From the NCBI GenBank assembly GCA_036398595.1, contig DASWOV010000039.1:3166-67165 (forward strand): DNA of 64,000 nt, read 5' to 3'. A program made the translations under genes and the position numbers. The notes under the pieces are model-generated. The model was not told the origin of the DNA, did not search any database, and was given only the letters and a program-made list of their open reading frames with translations. How positions within the stretch are numbered: the first letter of the stretch is position 1; every line of letters starts with the position of its first letter. This document shows, one piece after another, positions 11,061 to 19,546 of this stretch. The DNA is from Granulicella sp. Lineage in GTDB: Bacteria > Acidobacteriota > Terriglobia > Terriglobales > Acidobacteriaceae.

Positions 11061-12059
11061 ATGTCCAGTACCGTCAAAATTGTCCGGTTCCATAAGGCCG
11101 GACCTGCTGAAGTCCTCCAGTTCGATGAACTCCCACTTCCTGAGCCCGGCCCGGGCGAGGTCCGTCTCCGCGTGAAGACCCTTGGACTGAACCGCGCCGA
11201 GGTCATGTTCCGCAACGCCCAGTATCTGGAGACACCCGTGTTTCCCTCGAAGAACGGCTACGAGGCCGCCGGGATCATCGAAGCCGTAGGGCCGGATGTG
11301 GACTCCAGTTGGATCGGGAAGACCGTCAGCACAGTTCCGGGCACCTTCCGACTCGGCGAGCATGGCGTGTACGGCGAGGTTGCGGTGGTTCCCCTCCGCA
11401 GCGTCGCATCATATCCTGCGACGCTTTCGTATGAGCAGGGAACGTCCATCTGGATGCAGTACCTCACCGCATACGGCGCTCTGATCTGGCTGGGCAAGGT
11501 GGCCAAAGGAGAGTTTGTCGTCATCACCGCGGCCAGCAGCAGCGTGGGCGTTGCGGCCATCGAGATCGCCAGGGCAGAGGGCGCGATCAGCATCGCCGTC
11601 ACTCGCACGGCGGCCAAGAAAGACCTGCTCCTCAAGCTGGGTGCGGATCATGTGATCGTCACCGACGAGGAAGACCTTGTAGCCCGCGTCAACGAGATCA
11701 CCTCGGGCAAGGGCGCCCGCATCGTCTTCGATCCCATCGGCGGAACGATCCTTGAATCGCTCGCCGCGGCAGCAGCCACCAACGGCATCATCTTCGAGTA
11801 CGGCGCTCTCGCTCCTGAGCCTACGCCGTACCCTCTCTTCGCGTCGCTCGCCAAGTTCCTGACGATCCGGGGCTATACCGTCTTTGAGTTGACGATTGAT
11901 CCCTCGTTCGAGAAAGCAAAGCAGTACGTCTTCGACCATCTTGCCTCAGGCGACTTCAAGCCGCTGATCGACAAGACGTTTCCGTTTGCGGAGATCGTCG
12001 AAGCCCATCGCTACATGGAGTCGAATGCACAGATCGGCAAGATCGTCGTCGTTCTCTAA
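11061..12059 (+). CDS. MDR-family NADPH:quinone oxidoreductase (zinc-binding ADH-like)
   Basis: PGPGEVRLRV, GYEAAG, ITAASSSVG and AHRYMESNAQIGKIVV motifs. Confidence 0.92.
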   Translation: MSSTVKIVRFHKAGPAEVLQFDELPLPEPGPGEVRLRVKTLGLNRAEVMFRNAQYLETPVFPSKNGYEAAGIIEAVGPDVDSSWIGKTVSTVPGTFRLGEHGVYGEVAVVPLRSVASYPATLSYEQGTSIWMQYLTAYGALIWLGKVAKGEFVVITAASSSVGVAAIEIARAEGAISIAVTRTAAKKDLLLKLGADHVIVTDEEDLVARVNEITSGKGARIVFDPIGGTILESLAAAAATNGIIFEYGALAPEPTPYPLFASLAKFLTIRGYTVFELTIDPSFEKAKQYVFDHLASGDFKPLIDKTFPFAEIVEAHRYMESNAQIGKIVVVL

Positions 12060-12073
12060 AGCGATGCCGAGGC

Positions 12074-13279
12074 TCAGGAGGCCGCGTGTAGCGCGGCTTC
12101 CTGCATCGGCGTCGTCCGCAGGCGCTTGAAGGCATCATGCACAAAGCTGCCAAGATACCAGCCGTCGATGTACTTGTAGGGCGTCTCGCCGGTGGTGTAG
12201 TGGCCGCAGGGCAGTATCTTCGAGACGTAATCGACCCCCAGCTCCGAGAACCGCTTCAGCGTCTCGCGTGAGAACTCCGCGAGGAAGGTAAGGTCGTAGG
12301 TGGCGTGGACCACCAGCACCCGCTTGGGGTTGGCCGCGAACCGCTCCATGAAGACATGCGGGCTGATACCCATGAACAGCCCGCGCACCTGATCCCGGCT
12401 GAGGCCGTACTGCTCGAAGGACTCGCGGATGTGGCGCGTGCTCTGTCCGGTCCAGACGACATCTCCGAAGGAGTTGGAGGCATGGTTGAAGGCGCAGACG
12501 CGGATGCGCGGATCATGCGCCGCCGCGATGAAGGCATAGCAGGAGCCGAGGCTGGTGCCGAGCACGCCGATGTGCTCGTAGCCCTGCTGCTGGAGCCAGT
12601 CGACGCAGCAGCGGATGTCGATGACCGCCTGTCGGACGGCCGCGAGGGTGCGGCCAATGTTCGAACTGACGGCGTAGTCGGAACGCTCCAGCTCCTTCGG
12701 GCGGCGCACGTCATGGTAGGGCTTCGAGAGCCGCAAGCCGGAGACGCCGAAGCGGTTGAAGAGTGTGCAGAGCGCGTTGTGGCTGAAGGCGTCGGCGTTC
12801 CACTGTGGCAGCACGATGATGGCCTGCTTGGGCCGCGACGGGTTCTTGTGCTCGGGCGCGGGATACCAGCGGGCGTTGACGACATCATTCTCCGGGTACT
12901 TGGTCCGAATGGGCGAGGTGAAGCGCAGGAAGGGAGCCTTCTCGAGGTCGCCAACAGCGGCCTGCCGCTTGATCTCCGCGTCCTGCGCGAGCGTCTCCTC
13001 GCGCACGTTGGTCGGGTAGAGCAGCGGGAAGTGCTCCTCGAGCCGGAAGTCGGTGGGCGTGGCGTAGCCGAAGAAATCCTCCGAGCGACGGGCGATCTCC
13101 TCGTTGACGGCCATCATCGCAGCGATGGCCTCATCGTGCCCGGTAGGCTCGACGGCGGGGGCGAAGTCGGGAATCCAGTCGAATCCCCACTCGAGCGGGC
13201 GGACGATGCGGTTGGTGTCGCGGGTGGTCAGGGCCGTCTCCCACGCGAACATCCACTTGGCGTAAAGCTTGGAAAACAT
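12074..13279 (-). CDS. Alpha/beta hydrolase
   Basis: Nucleophile elbow GTSLG and PCGHY His motif; start at MFSKLY behind GAAGGAG. Confidence 0.8.
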   Translation of the reverse strand: MFSKLYAKWMFAWETALTTRDTNRIVRPLEWGFDWIPDFAPAVEPTGHDEAIAAMMAVNEEIARRSEDFFGYATPTDFRLEEHFPLLYPTNVREETLAQDAEIKRQAAVGDLEKAPFLRFTSPIRTKYPENDVVNARWYPAPEHKNPSRPKQAIIVLPQWNADAFSHNALCTLFNRFGVSGLRLSKPYHDVRRPKELERSDYAVSSNIGRTLAAVRQAVIDIRCCVDWLQQQGYEHIGVLGTSLGSCYAFIAAAHDPRIRVCAFNHASNSFGDVVWTGQSTRHIRESFEQYGLSRDQVRGLFMGISPHVFMERFAANPKRVLVVHATYDLTFLAEFSRETLKRFSELGVDYVSKILPCGHYTTGETPYKYIDGWYLGSFVHDAFKRLRTTPMQEAALHAAS

Positions 13280-13344
13280 CTCCTTCTCAGTGTATCTGGC
13301 CGGAGCCTCCGAAAGATGAGAGCGCGGAGAACAGACAGAGAAGA

Positions 13345-14058
13345 TCAAAGCTCCGACAGCAGGATGCAGACCCGCCCGATGATGTAGTCGGCGGGCACCT
13401 CGCCCTCACCCATCGTCACAAGCTGCACGGGAAAGGCCCGTGAGTATGGCCGCAGGATCATCCGGCCCTCGTCGAACTCGGCGAAGCGCAGCAGCAGCGC
13501 CGAGCCGGAGCGTACCGCGAACAGCGTGGGCTGATGAGCGCGGTACGGAGCCAGCGAGTTGTAATGCCGGTCCAGCACGGCGATCGTGCCCGGCATCAGG
13601 ATCGGCTCCATCGCGGCCGCCTGCTGCGCATCCGCACGCACGGCGACAAAACGCTGCCAGTGCGCCCGCCTGGCCAGCGGACGAGCGCGGTTCCCCTGCA
13701 GCCGCGAGGCCGAAACCTGCACCGTCTCAATGATGGAGGACGCGGTGGCGAAGGGGCTCTCCATCGCCGCCGAGTGCGAAATGACCGGCACGATTTCCAT
13801 GGGATCGCCGGAGGCGACGCTCGAGGCCGACAGGGCCGACAGATCGAACGGAAGAAGCTGATCTACCGTCAGGTCTTGCGCGGCCATCACGCGGTCCAGC
13901 CCCTCAAGCGAGAGCGAGCGTTTCTTGTTCAAAAAATTGGAGATGTGCGCCTGCTGAAAACCAGCCTGCTGCGCGAGCTTTGTGCCCGTCAGGGTGCCCT
14001 GCTCGATGCGCCGGATCAGCTCGAGGCGCAACAACTCATGGAGATGTTGAAAGGTCAT
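13345..14058 (-). CDS. XRE/CI-like repressor with degenerate S24 peptidase-like C-terminal domain
   Basis: HTH TGTKLAQQAGFQQAHISNFLNKKR; C-terminal FVAVRA..AMEPILMPG..LRPYS..IIGRV matches the CI/LexA CTD pattern; divergent from the phage-like operon. Confidence 0.8.
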   Translation of the reverse strand: MTFQHLHELLRLELIRRIEQGTLTGTKLAQQAGFQQAHISNFLNKKRSLSLEGLDRVMAAQDLTVDQLLPFDLSALSASSVASGDPMEIVPVISHSAAMESPFATASSIIETVQVSASRLQGNRARPLARRAHWQRFVAVRADAQQAAAMEPILMPGTIAVLDRHYNSLAPYRAHQPTLFAVRSGSALLLRFAEFDEGRMILRPYSRAFPVQLVTMGEGEVPADYIIGRVCILLSEL

Positions 14059-14199
14059 CGGAATGGAGGTCTTGACGGGAACCATAACATTTAGCAATGA
14101 AGACGTGGAATCAATATCTAAGCACAGCCGACAATTACCTGAAAGAACATCCAGTAAACGAAGGTTTTATTCCATTAAGAAAAATACACGAAAGAACTA

Positions 14200-14228
14200 T
14201 TGACATGAGATTTGTCGAAAGCTATAAC
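14200..14228 (+). promoter_or_regulatory. Near-consensus sigma-70 promoter
   Basis: TTGACA (14200-14205), 17-bp spacer, TATAAC (14223-14228), with an AT-rich upstream tract. Confidence 0.8.
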
Positions 14229-14339
14229 CGTGAAACTTTCCAATTTCGGGAATGGCTCCCGGAACGCTGACTCCGCCCCTTGGGACGGGTTTCGCGACCT
14301 CCTGCGCCTGAACCCGGAATGGACCTGGAGGAGGATAGG

Positions 14340-14402
14340 GTGGTGATCGTACAAACGTCTCCCACAACTCACACCACCCACACCCATCACACCGCGCGCT
14401 GA
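14340..14402 (+). CDS. Putative 20-aa leader peptide (uORF) MVIVQTSPTTHTTHTHHTAR
   Basis: SD GGAGGAGG at 14327-14334, GTG at 14340 or 14343, TGA at 14400-14402; 7 Thr and 4 His codons. Translation not proven. Confidence 0.35.
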   Translation: MVIVQTSPTTHTTHTHHTAR

Positions 14403-14523
14403 CGCTTCTCGATAGAGGCTCCGAACGATCAGAAGCCCTGCGAGCCGTGCACCAGCGCCCCCTAAGCAAACTCGAGCGAGCCCATTCGACCGCTGAAATG
14501 CTGGAGGCTCGTCGGGGAGATCC

Positions 14524-14742
14524 ATGTCTCAACTGAGGGAAACGATGAACAATTTGCGCCTTGAACTAAAAGTATGTGAAGCCTGCGGAGCGCTCTGGCT
14601 CCGTGGAGAAGTACAGGGTGGGATCTACTGCAACGGATGTGTGCGCCGTCTGGCTCATCTTCCCGCGCCCCGGCGGAAGCATGCCGGTGGCCGCAAGCGC
14701 CGCAGCATTGGCTGCGCCGCAGCGGCAGGAGGTGCACGATGA
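14524..14742 (+). CDS. Small Zn-ribbon protein
   Basis: CEACG and YCNGC pairs with a basic tail; ATGA overlap with the next gene. Confidence 0.7.
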   Translation: MSQLRETMNNLRLELKVCEACGALWLRGEVQGGIYCNGCVRRLAHLPAPRRKHAGGRKRRSIGCAAAAGGAR

Positions 14743-15230
14743 GCACAGCCCTGGCCATTCTGCCGCAGGTGTGGGCCTGCGCCGTCCCGAAGAAAACACC
14801 GTCCGCCGTCCGCCAGAGGCCAAGGCCGGTCGAGCCGCACCTGGCCTTCTATCGCAAGTACACCGAGGCCATGCTGCGGCGCTACCTGCGCCACTCGATG
14901 GAGGTGGGACGCACGCCCTCGCTGCTGGGCGGCGAGATGTTCCGCGCCAAGGTCACCAGCTACCGGATGCACAGCTTCGAGGATCAGGTGATCTTCGTCT
15001 ACGACGTGGAGAAGTGCCTGTCGAAGCTGGAGGGGATGGACCGGTTGCTGGTGCTGCGGATCGGCGTGCAGGAGTACACGCACGCGGAGGCCGCCGCCAT
15101 GCTCCAGGCGCCGCGGCAGAGCGTCACCTATCGCTACTTCCGCGCACTCGACCGGCTGACGGGCATCTTCCTGGAGGCCCGGCTGCTCGAGCCCCAGAAG
15201 GCATGTCAAGAGGGAGGAGGCCGCAGATAG
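14739..15230 (+). CDS. Sigma-70 region-4-like HTH protein (candidate late activator/antiterminator)
   Basis: DVEKCLSKLEGMDRLLVLRIGVQEYTHAEAAAMLQAPRQSVTYRYFRALDRL resembles the sigma region 4 HTH; SD AGGAGG; no recognisable region 2. Confidence 0.7.
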   Translation: MSTALAILPQVWACAVPKKTPSAVRQRPRPVEPHLAFYRKYTEAMLRRYLRHSMEVGRTPSLLGGEMFRAKVTSYRMHSFEDQVIFVYDVEKCLSKLEGMDRLLVLRIGVQEYTHAEAAAMLQAPRQSVTYRYFRALDRLTGIFLEARLLEPQKACQEGGGRR

Positions 15231-15275
15231 CCGCTAACTTACTCATTCCGCAGGAGTAAAAAGATGCTATAGCTT

Positions 15276-15306
15276 TTGGCATTAGTTTCGCTCCGGTTGG
15301 TATTCT
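15276..15306 (+). promoter_or_regulatory. Candidate late promoter (extended -10)
   Basis: TG-G-TATTCT at 15298-15306; TTGGCA at 15276-15281 gives a suboptimal 19-bp spacer. Confidence 0.45.
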
Positions 15307-15329
15307 AAAGAAGCAGGTTAAGACAAGCG

Positions 15330-15367
15330 ACGGGAGAGTCCGCAACAGGGCTCTCCCGTTTTGTTTT
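15330..15367 (+). terminator. Intrinsic terminator just upstream of the structural operon
   Basis: ACGGGAGAGTCC-GCAACA-GGGCTCTCCCGT stem followed by TTTGTTTT. Confidence 0.8.
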
Positions 15368-15393
15368 GCCTGCAAGCACTACGAGGAGGTGGC

Positions 15394-16068
15394 ATGGCAT
15401 TTGTGGATGAGCTTCATCGGCGGAGCGCGCTGGAACCCAGAGTAGCTCCGCGGGGGGTCAATCCCACCACACGCACGACCGCCCTGCGGCGTCACAGCGC
15501 CGGACGTCTGTCTCTGCACGCCATGGCGGTAGAGTTCCCCGCCGTGGAGAATCACCCGAACCGGTTGCCCTTTGAGGGTGTGCTGACGCTGGTCGATGTG
15601 CCCAGCGACACGGCCCCGAACGGCGCGCGCGGGCATCGCGTCATCCTGACCCGCGAAGCCGCCGAGGCCGCGCTGCCCAGCCTGCTGGGCATGGCCGTGG
15701 ACTACAAGGCCGGTTGGGACGGCCACGATGCACGGCAGAAGTGCGGCATCATCACCAGCGCTGAGATCGTGGGGCAGCGGCTGGTCGTCTCCGGCTACCT
15801 GTATGCCCGGGACTACCCCGAGATGGAGCAGGCGATGGCGGCCGAGGGCGAGATGGGCATGAGCTACGAGCTTGCCGACGCGCACGTGGCCGACCTCCGC
15901 GCCTCCGTCTGGACGCTGACCCGGGCAACCTTTACCGGTGCGGCCATCCTGCTGCGCTCGAAGGCCGCCTACCGCAATACCAGCTTCCGCCTGCAACAGG
16001 GCGGGCTGAGCGCGGCCGGACGCACCCTGTGCCGCAAACCGAACTCAACACGCAAGGGAGAGATATGA
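15394..16068 (+). CDS. Putative prohead maturation protease
   Basis: H..KCGII..GYLYARDYP..GMSYE..FTGAAIL..AAY pattern of HK97/herpes-type assemblins; SD GAGGAGGT; first gene of the head module. Confidence 0.6.
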   Translation: MAFVDELHRRSALEPRVAPRGVNPTTRTTALRRHSAGRLSLHAMAVEFPAVENHPNRLPFEGVLTLVDVPSDTAPNGARGHRVILTREAAEAALPSLLGMAVDYKAGWDGHDARQKCGIITSAEIVGQRLVVSGYLYARDYPEMEQAMAAEGEMGMSYELADAHVADLRASVWTLTRATFTGAAILLRSKAAYRNTSFRLQQGGLSAAGRTLCRKPNSTRKGEI

Positions 16069-16460
16069 CATTCATCGGTGTACTCGAGGCCATCGGCAAG
16101 GGCTTTCTGAAGGGACTCACCTGGGCGGTGCAGTACGCAATCCCGGTGGAGAGGCTGGTGGCGCTGCTGTTTCCCGCCTCGGCCCCGGCCATGACCGAGC
16201 TGGCGGATGCAACCACACTGATCCAGAACTCTGTGCTGCTGGTGGAGCAGAAGTACGCGGCCGCGGGCATCCAGAACGGCACCGGCGCGCAGAAGCTTGC
16301 CGAGGTCATGCAGCTTGCCGCGCCGACGGTCGTCTCGCTGCTGGAAAAGGCCGGAATCGCCTCGCCCAGCGATGCCTATGTGCAGAGCCTGGTTTCGGCG
16401 GTAGTGGCGATCCTCAACGTACAGAACATGCCGGCTGACGCGGCCACCGCGAAGGCCTGA
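16065..16460 (+). CDS. Hypothetical protein, possibly LL-H-type holin-like
   Basis: Amphipathic N-terminus, then VEQKY..GTGAQKLAEV..LVSAVV, reminiscent of LL-H-family holins; ATGA coupling. Confidence 0.4.
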   Translation: MTFIGVLEAIGKGFLKGLTWAVQYAIPVERLVALLFPASAPAMTELADATTLIQNSVLLVEQKYAAAGIQNGTGAQKLAEVMQLAAPTVVSLLEKAGIASPSDAYVQSLVSAVVAILNVQNMPADAATAKA

Positions 16461-16477
16461 GCACAAAGGAGAGAAGC

Positions 16478-16867
16478 ATGGATCAGGAGATGACGAACCA
16501 ATTCGCCGCGCTGCTGGAGCGCTTGTCGGCCGCGGCTGAGGCGCTCGAGCAGGCTGCCGTGCGCTTGTCGGCGAGCGGGAGCGACGTGACCATCGTCGCC
16601 GAGGCCGAGCCGCAGGCTGAACTGGCTGCCCGGCTGGCCGCCGCCGAGGAGCGCATCGCGGAGCTTGCTGCTTCTGCAACCACTAAGGTTACAAATACAG
16701 CCGGACGCAAGACGCTGCCGTTAGCGATGTCGAACCTGCTCGCCAAGCAGGGCGTTGCGATCGAGTCGCTGGAGGCAGGCGCGCTCGACGCAGCGATGAC
16801 CAGCCTGAGCCTCGAGCAGCGCATCGCCGTGAAGGCGCAGCTTATGCGCGCCGGTCTGCTCGGCTAG
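16478..16867 (+). CDS. Putative capsid scaffolding protein
   Basis: Ala/Glu-rich coiled coil with a GRKTL motif, directly upstream of the capsid gene. Confidence 0.5.
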   Translation: MDQEMTNQFAALLERLSAAAEALEQAAVRLSASGSDVTIVAEAEPQAELAARLAAAEERIAELAASATTKVTNTAGRKTLPLAMSNLLAKQGVAIESLEAGALDAAMTSLSLEQRIAVKAQLMRAGLLG

Positions 16868-16888
16868 CGCAGAGCCTCTGCATGCGAA

Positions 16889-16917
16889 GGACGCGGCATA
16901 CGCTGCGTCTTTTTTTG
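16889..16917 (+). terminator. Intrinsic terminator between scaffold and capsid genes
   Basis: GGACGCGGC-ATAC-GCTGCGTCT followed by a T run. Confidence 0.75.
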
Positions 16918-16943
16918 TTGTCACCAACACAAAGGGAGAGAGA

Positions 16944-17915
16944 ATGAACGCGAAGTTTACTGAGATCCACGCCGCAGCCGACTACCTTGGACCCGGCGCC
17001 GTCGAAGTGCCCCTGTATCAGGCGGAGATCACCGACATCGTGCGCCGCCGCGGCGTCTTCGGCCAGCGCATCAAGCAGGTCCCGGCCACCGGCCACCCGT
17101 CGCGCTACTTCGAGGAGACGGCCATCCCCTCGCCCACAGCTGCTACCGGCTTTGTCGATCCGCGCAACATCGTCGCGCCCGTCGTCAGCCCCACGCGCGT
17201 CGAGCGCAGCGTGCCTCTGAAGGCGCTGGTCGCGCAGATCAACTACAACCTCTTCGACATCGAGCTGGGCCAGCAGCAGAGCCAGTTCGCCTACATGCAG
17301 GCCAAAGACCTGGCCGACACCGTCAACGGCGTCATGCGCACGCACGATGTCGCCCTGTGGAACGGCAACGACACCTCGCTTTCGACGCCGACCACCGCGC
17401 AGTACTACGGCGCCGCGGCGCAGATCGCCGCAGGCGGCAACTCGGTGACGATTCCGACGACCGGCAGCATCGTCGATGGCTTCAAGTCCACCGTGGCGCA
17501 GATGGTAGCGAACAGCAACTACGGCGTGCGTCCGACGGCCATCTATGCGAACCCGGTGCTTCTGGACCTGATCGACCGCGAGATGAAGTCCGAGTTCAAC
17601 GTGGTGCTAGGCACCAAGGAGATCACCTCGGGCTTTACCGTGAAGATGCTCTCCACGCAGGCAGGCGATCTGCCGCTCATCCCCGAGTGGTCGCTGAGCT
17701 ACACCGGCACGCCCGGCTCCGGCTCGGCTGTGCTGCCCGCCTACATCGTGACCGAAGATTTGATCGAGTACCACTGGCTCTCGGACCCGAACCCGCGCGT
17801 CTTCCAGCTCGGCACGCCCGGCTCGCTGGCCAGCCAGCATGTGGTGGTCAAGTTCGGCGGCCTTGTGGTCAAGGGCGCGAGCTACGCGCACACCCAGGTG
17901 CTCGTCGATCGCTAG
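16944..17915 (+). CDS. Major capsid protein (HK97-like fold)
   Basis: 323 aa, strong SD, ALWNGND..YYG backbone-helix/G-loop pattern and PTAIYANPVLLDLI A-domain pattern; lies after protease/scaffold and before neck genes. Confidence 0.72.
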   Translation: MNAKFTEIHAAADYLGPGAVEVPLYQAEITDIVRRRGVFGQRIKQVPATGHPSRYFEETAIPSPTAATGFVDPRNIVAPVVSPTRVERSVPLKALVAQINYNLFDIELGQQQSQFAYMQAKDLADTVNGVMRTHDVALWNGNDTSLSTPTTAQYYGAAAQIAAGGNSVTIPTTGSIVDGFKSTVAQMVANSNYGVRPTAIYANPVLLDLIDREMKSEFNVVLGTKEITSGFTVKMLSTQAGDLPLIPEWSLSYTGTPGSGSAVLPAYIVTEDLIEYHWLSDPNPRVFQLGTPGSLASQHVVVKFGGLVVKGASYAHTQVLVDR

Positions 17916-17951
17916 GCTATCGCTCGCTAAACATAGGCTGTAACGCTTGAT

Positions 17952-17996
17952 GCAAACAGGGACCGGCAAATTTGTGCCGGTCCCTGTTGCTTTTTG
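17952..17996 (+). terminator. Intrinsic terminator after capsid gene
   Basis: 14-bp stem AACAGGGACCGGCA/TGCCGGTCCCTGTT followed by GCTTTTT. Confidence 0.8.
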
Positions 17997-18011
17997 TGTT
18001 GAGGAGGTGCA

Positions 18012-18620
18012 ATGGGTTATCTACTGCCGACCGAGTATGTGCAGTACGGACTGTCGGCCGATACCACCGACAACTGGATCGCCTTCGCGTCATCGCTGAT
18101 CGACGCGCACTGCCGCCGCAGCAGCCTTGCGCCCACGCAGTACGTGGAGCGGATGCGGCTGACCGCAGGCTCGCAGGCCGCGCGTCTGAGCTATGCCATG
18201 GATCGTAGCGCCGTCACACTGAACAGCGTGCGCGTGCGCTACGGCAAGCCGCGGCGCGGCGAGGCGCATGAGCTGCGCGAGATGATCGCAACCGCCTTCG
18301 GCGTGCCCGGAAGCTGGAACAATCTTGATCCGGGCATGATCGACGTGAACCCCACAACGGGCGAGCTGACCTTTCCCTCCAACTTTCTGGGGTTGGATTA
18401 CAACGAGGTCGAGATCACCTATACGGCGGGCTTCGCAGAGATTCCGCCCGCAGTAAAGACGGCATGCGCGCAGGTCGTGAAGAATGCGCAGGCCATGCCC
18501 GCGGCCTCGGTGAAGTCCTCGAAGATGGACACGCTGCAGATGGAGTACTTCAGCGCGAGCCTCATCGACCCGCAGGTCGTAACGCTGCTGAAGCCATACA
18601 TCGCGCAGAGGATCGGGTGA
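18012..18620 (+). CDS. Head-tail adaptor/connector protein
   Basis: ASSLIDAHCRR, VEITYTAGFAEIPPAVKTAC and LLKPY are typical of gp6/gp15-like adaptors. Confidence 0.75.
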   Translation: MGYLLPTEYVQYGLSADTTDNWIAFASSLIDAHCRRSSLAPTQYVERMRLTAGSQAARLSYAMDRSAVTLNSVRVRYGKPRRGEAHELREMIATAFGVPGSWNNLDPGMIDVNPTTGELTFPSNFLGLDYNEVEITYTAGFAEIPPAVKTACAQVVKNAQAMPAASVKSSKMDTLQMEYFSASLIDPQVVTLLKPYIAQRIG

Positions 18621-18623
18621 CGC

Positions 18624-19019
18624 ATGGCCGATCTTGTGCAACCCACACCCGCCGCCATGCGTACCGCCGACGCGCTGCTACGCTTCGCCGGTGGCCGCAG
18701 CGTGCTGCTGCGTACGCCCTCACCGGCCATTCCGGGTGATCCATCAGAGCAGCTTGGACTAGCTACGCCATCGTTTCAGGACATCGAGCTTGCCCCGGCC
18801 GTTTTGCGCGGGCAGATGCTTCTGCTCTCGGCCTCCGCGGTCGAAACCATCATGGGCACGCTCGCCTCGAACTCGGCAAACGTCCTCTTCGCCGATGCCT
18901 TCGGCGTGCTGATCGACGGCGCACTCTACGAGATCGAGAGCGTCGAAACCTCGCAGACCTTCGGCATTCCGTATCTCTACCGGCTTACGCTGCGGGCGCC
19001 TGCGGCACAGACGCTCTGA
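18624..19019 (+). CDS. Putative head-closure protein
   Basis: 131 aa after the adaptor; beta-rich C-terminus LIDGALYEIESV..LYRLTLR. Confidence 0.5.
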   Translation: MADLVQPTPAAMRTADALLRFAGGRSVLLRTPSPAIPGDPSEQLGLATPSFQDIELAPAVLRGQMLLLSASAVETIMGTLASNSANVLFADAFGVLIDGALYEIESVETSQTFGIPYLYRLTLRAPAAQTL

Positions 19020-19048
19020 ATGAGTAACTTGAAAGGTTACAAATCAGC

Positions 19049-19546
19049 ATGATATCTGCAAAGGATACGTTTTACCTGGTGCTGCGCAATCGCATCGCCG
19101 CGCTGAACCCGGCGCGCACGATGGGTCTGCGCGGCGTGACTCGTCCCGGCGTGCTTGTCGAAGAGAACGAACTGGCGACAGCCGAGGCGCTGCCGGATGT
19201 CTTCCGTCTGCGCTGGACCGCCGTGAAGCTCGACACGCAGGGATCGATGCCGCTGGCGACGATGACCTGCGAGATCCGCTATGCCACAGCCGGCAATGCC
19301 GGCAACGGCGGCATGGACCGCGGCCGCGTGCTCGCGCAGATGGATGCGGAGCTTCGCGCTGCGCTGAGCACCACGCCGCAGCATGCGCCCAAGCAGCGCT
19401 ATACCGCGAACTCCACGCAGCCAACAGCGATGGCGACCAACATCTTCTGGAGCGATGCGGTCTTCGGCGCGACAGCGACTGACGCCGAGCGACTGGAGCG
19501 CACCGCAACCGTACAGGTGTACAGCTACGAGGAGGCAGGCGAATGA
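19049..19546 (+). CDS. Putative tail-completion/terminator protein
   Basis: Size and position between neck and tube genes; ATGA coupling to the next gene. Confidence 0.45.
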   Translation: MISAKDTFYLVLRNRIAALNPARTMGLRGVTRPGVLVEENELATAEALPDVFRLRWTAVKLDTQGSMPLATMTCEIRYATAGNAGNGGMDRGRVLAQMDAELRAALSTTPQHAPKQRYTANSTQPTAMATNIFWSDAVFGATATDAERLERTATVQVYSYEEAGE

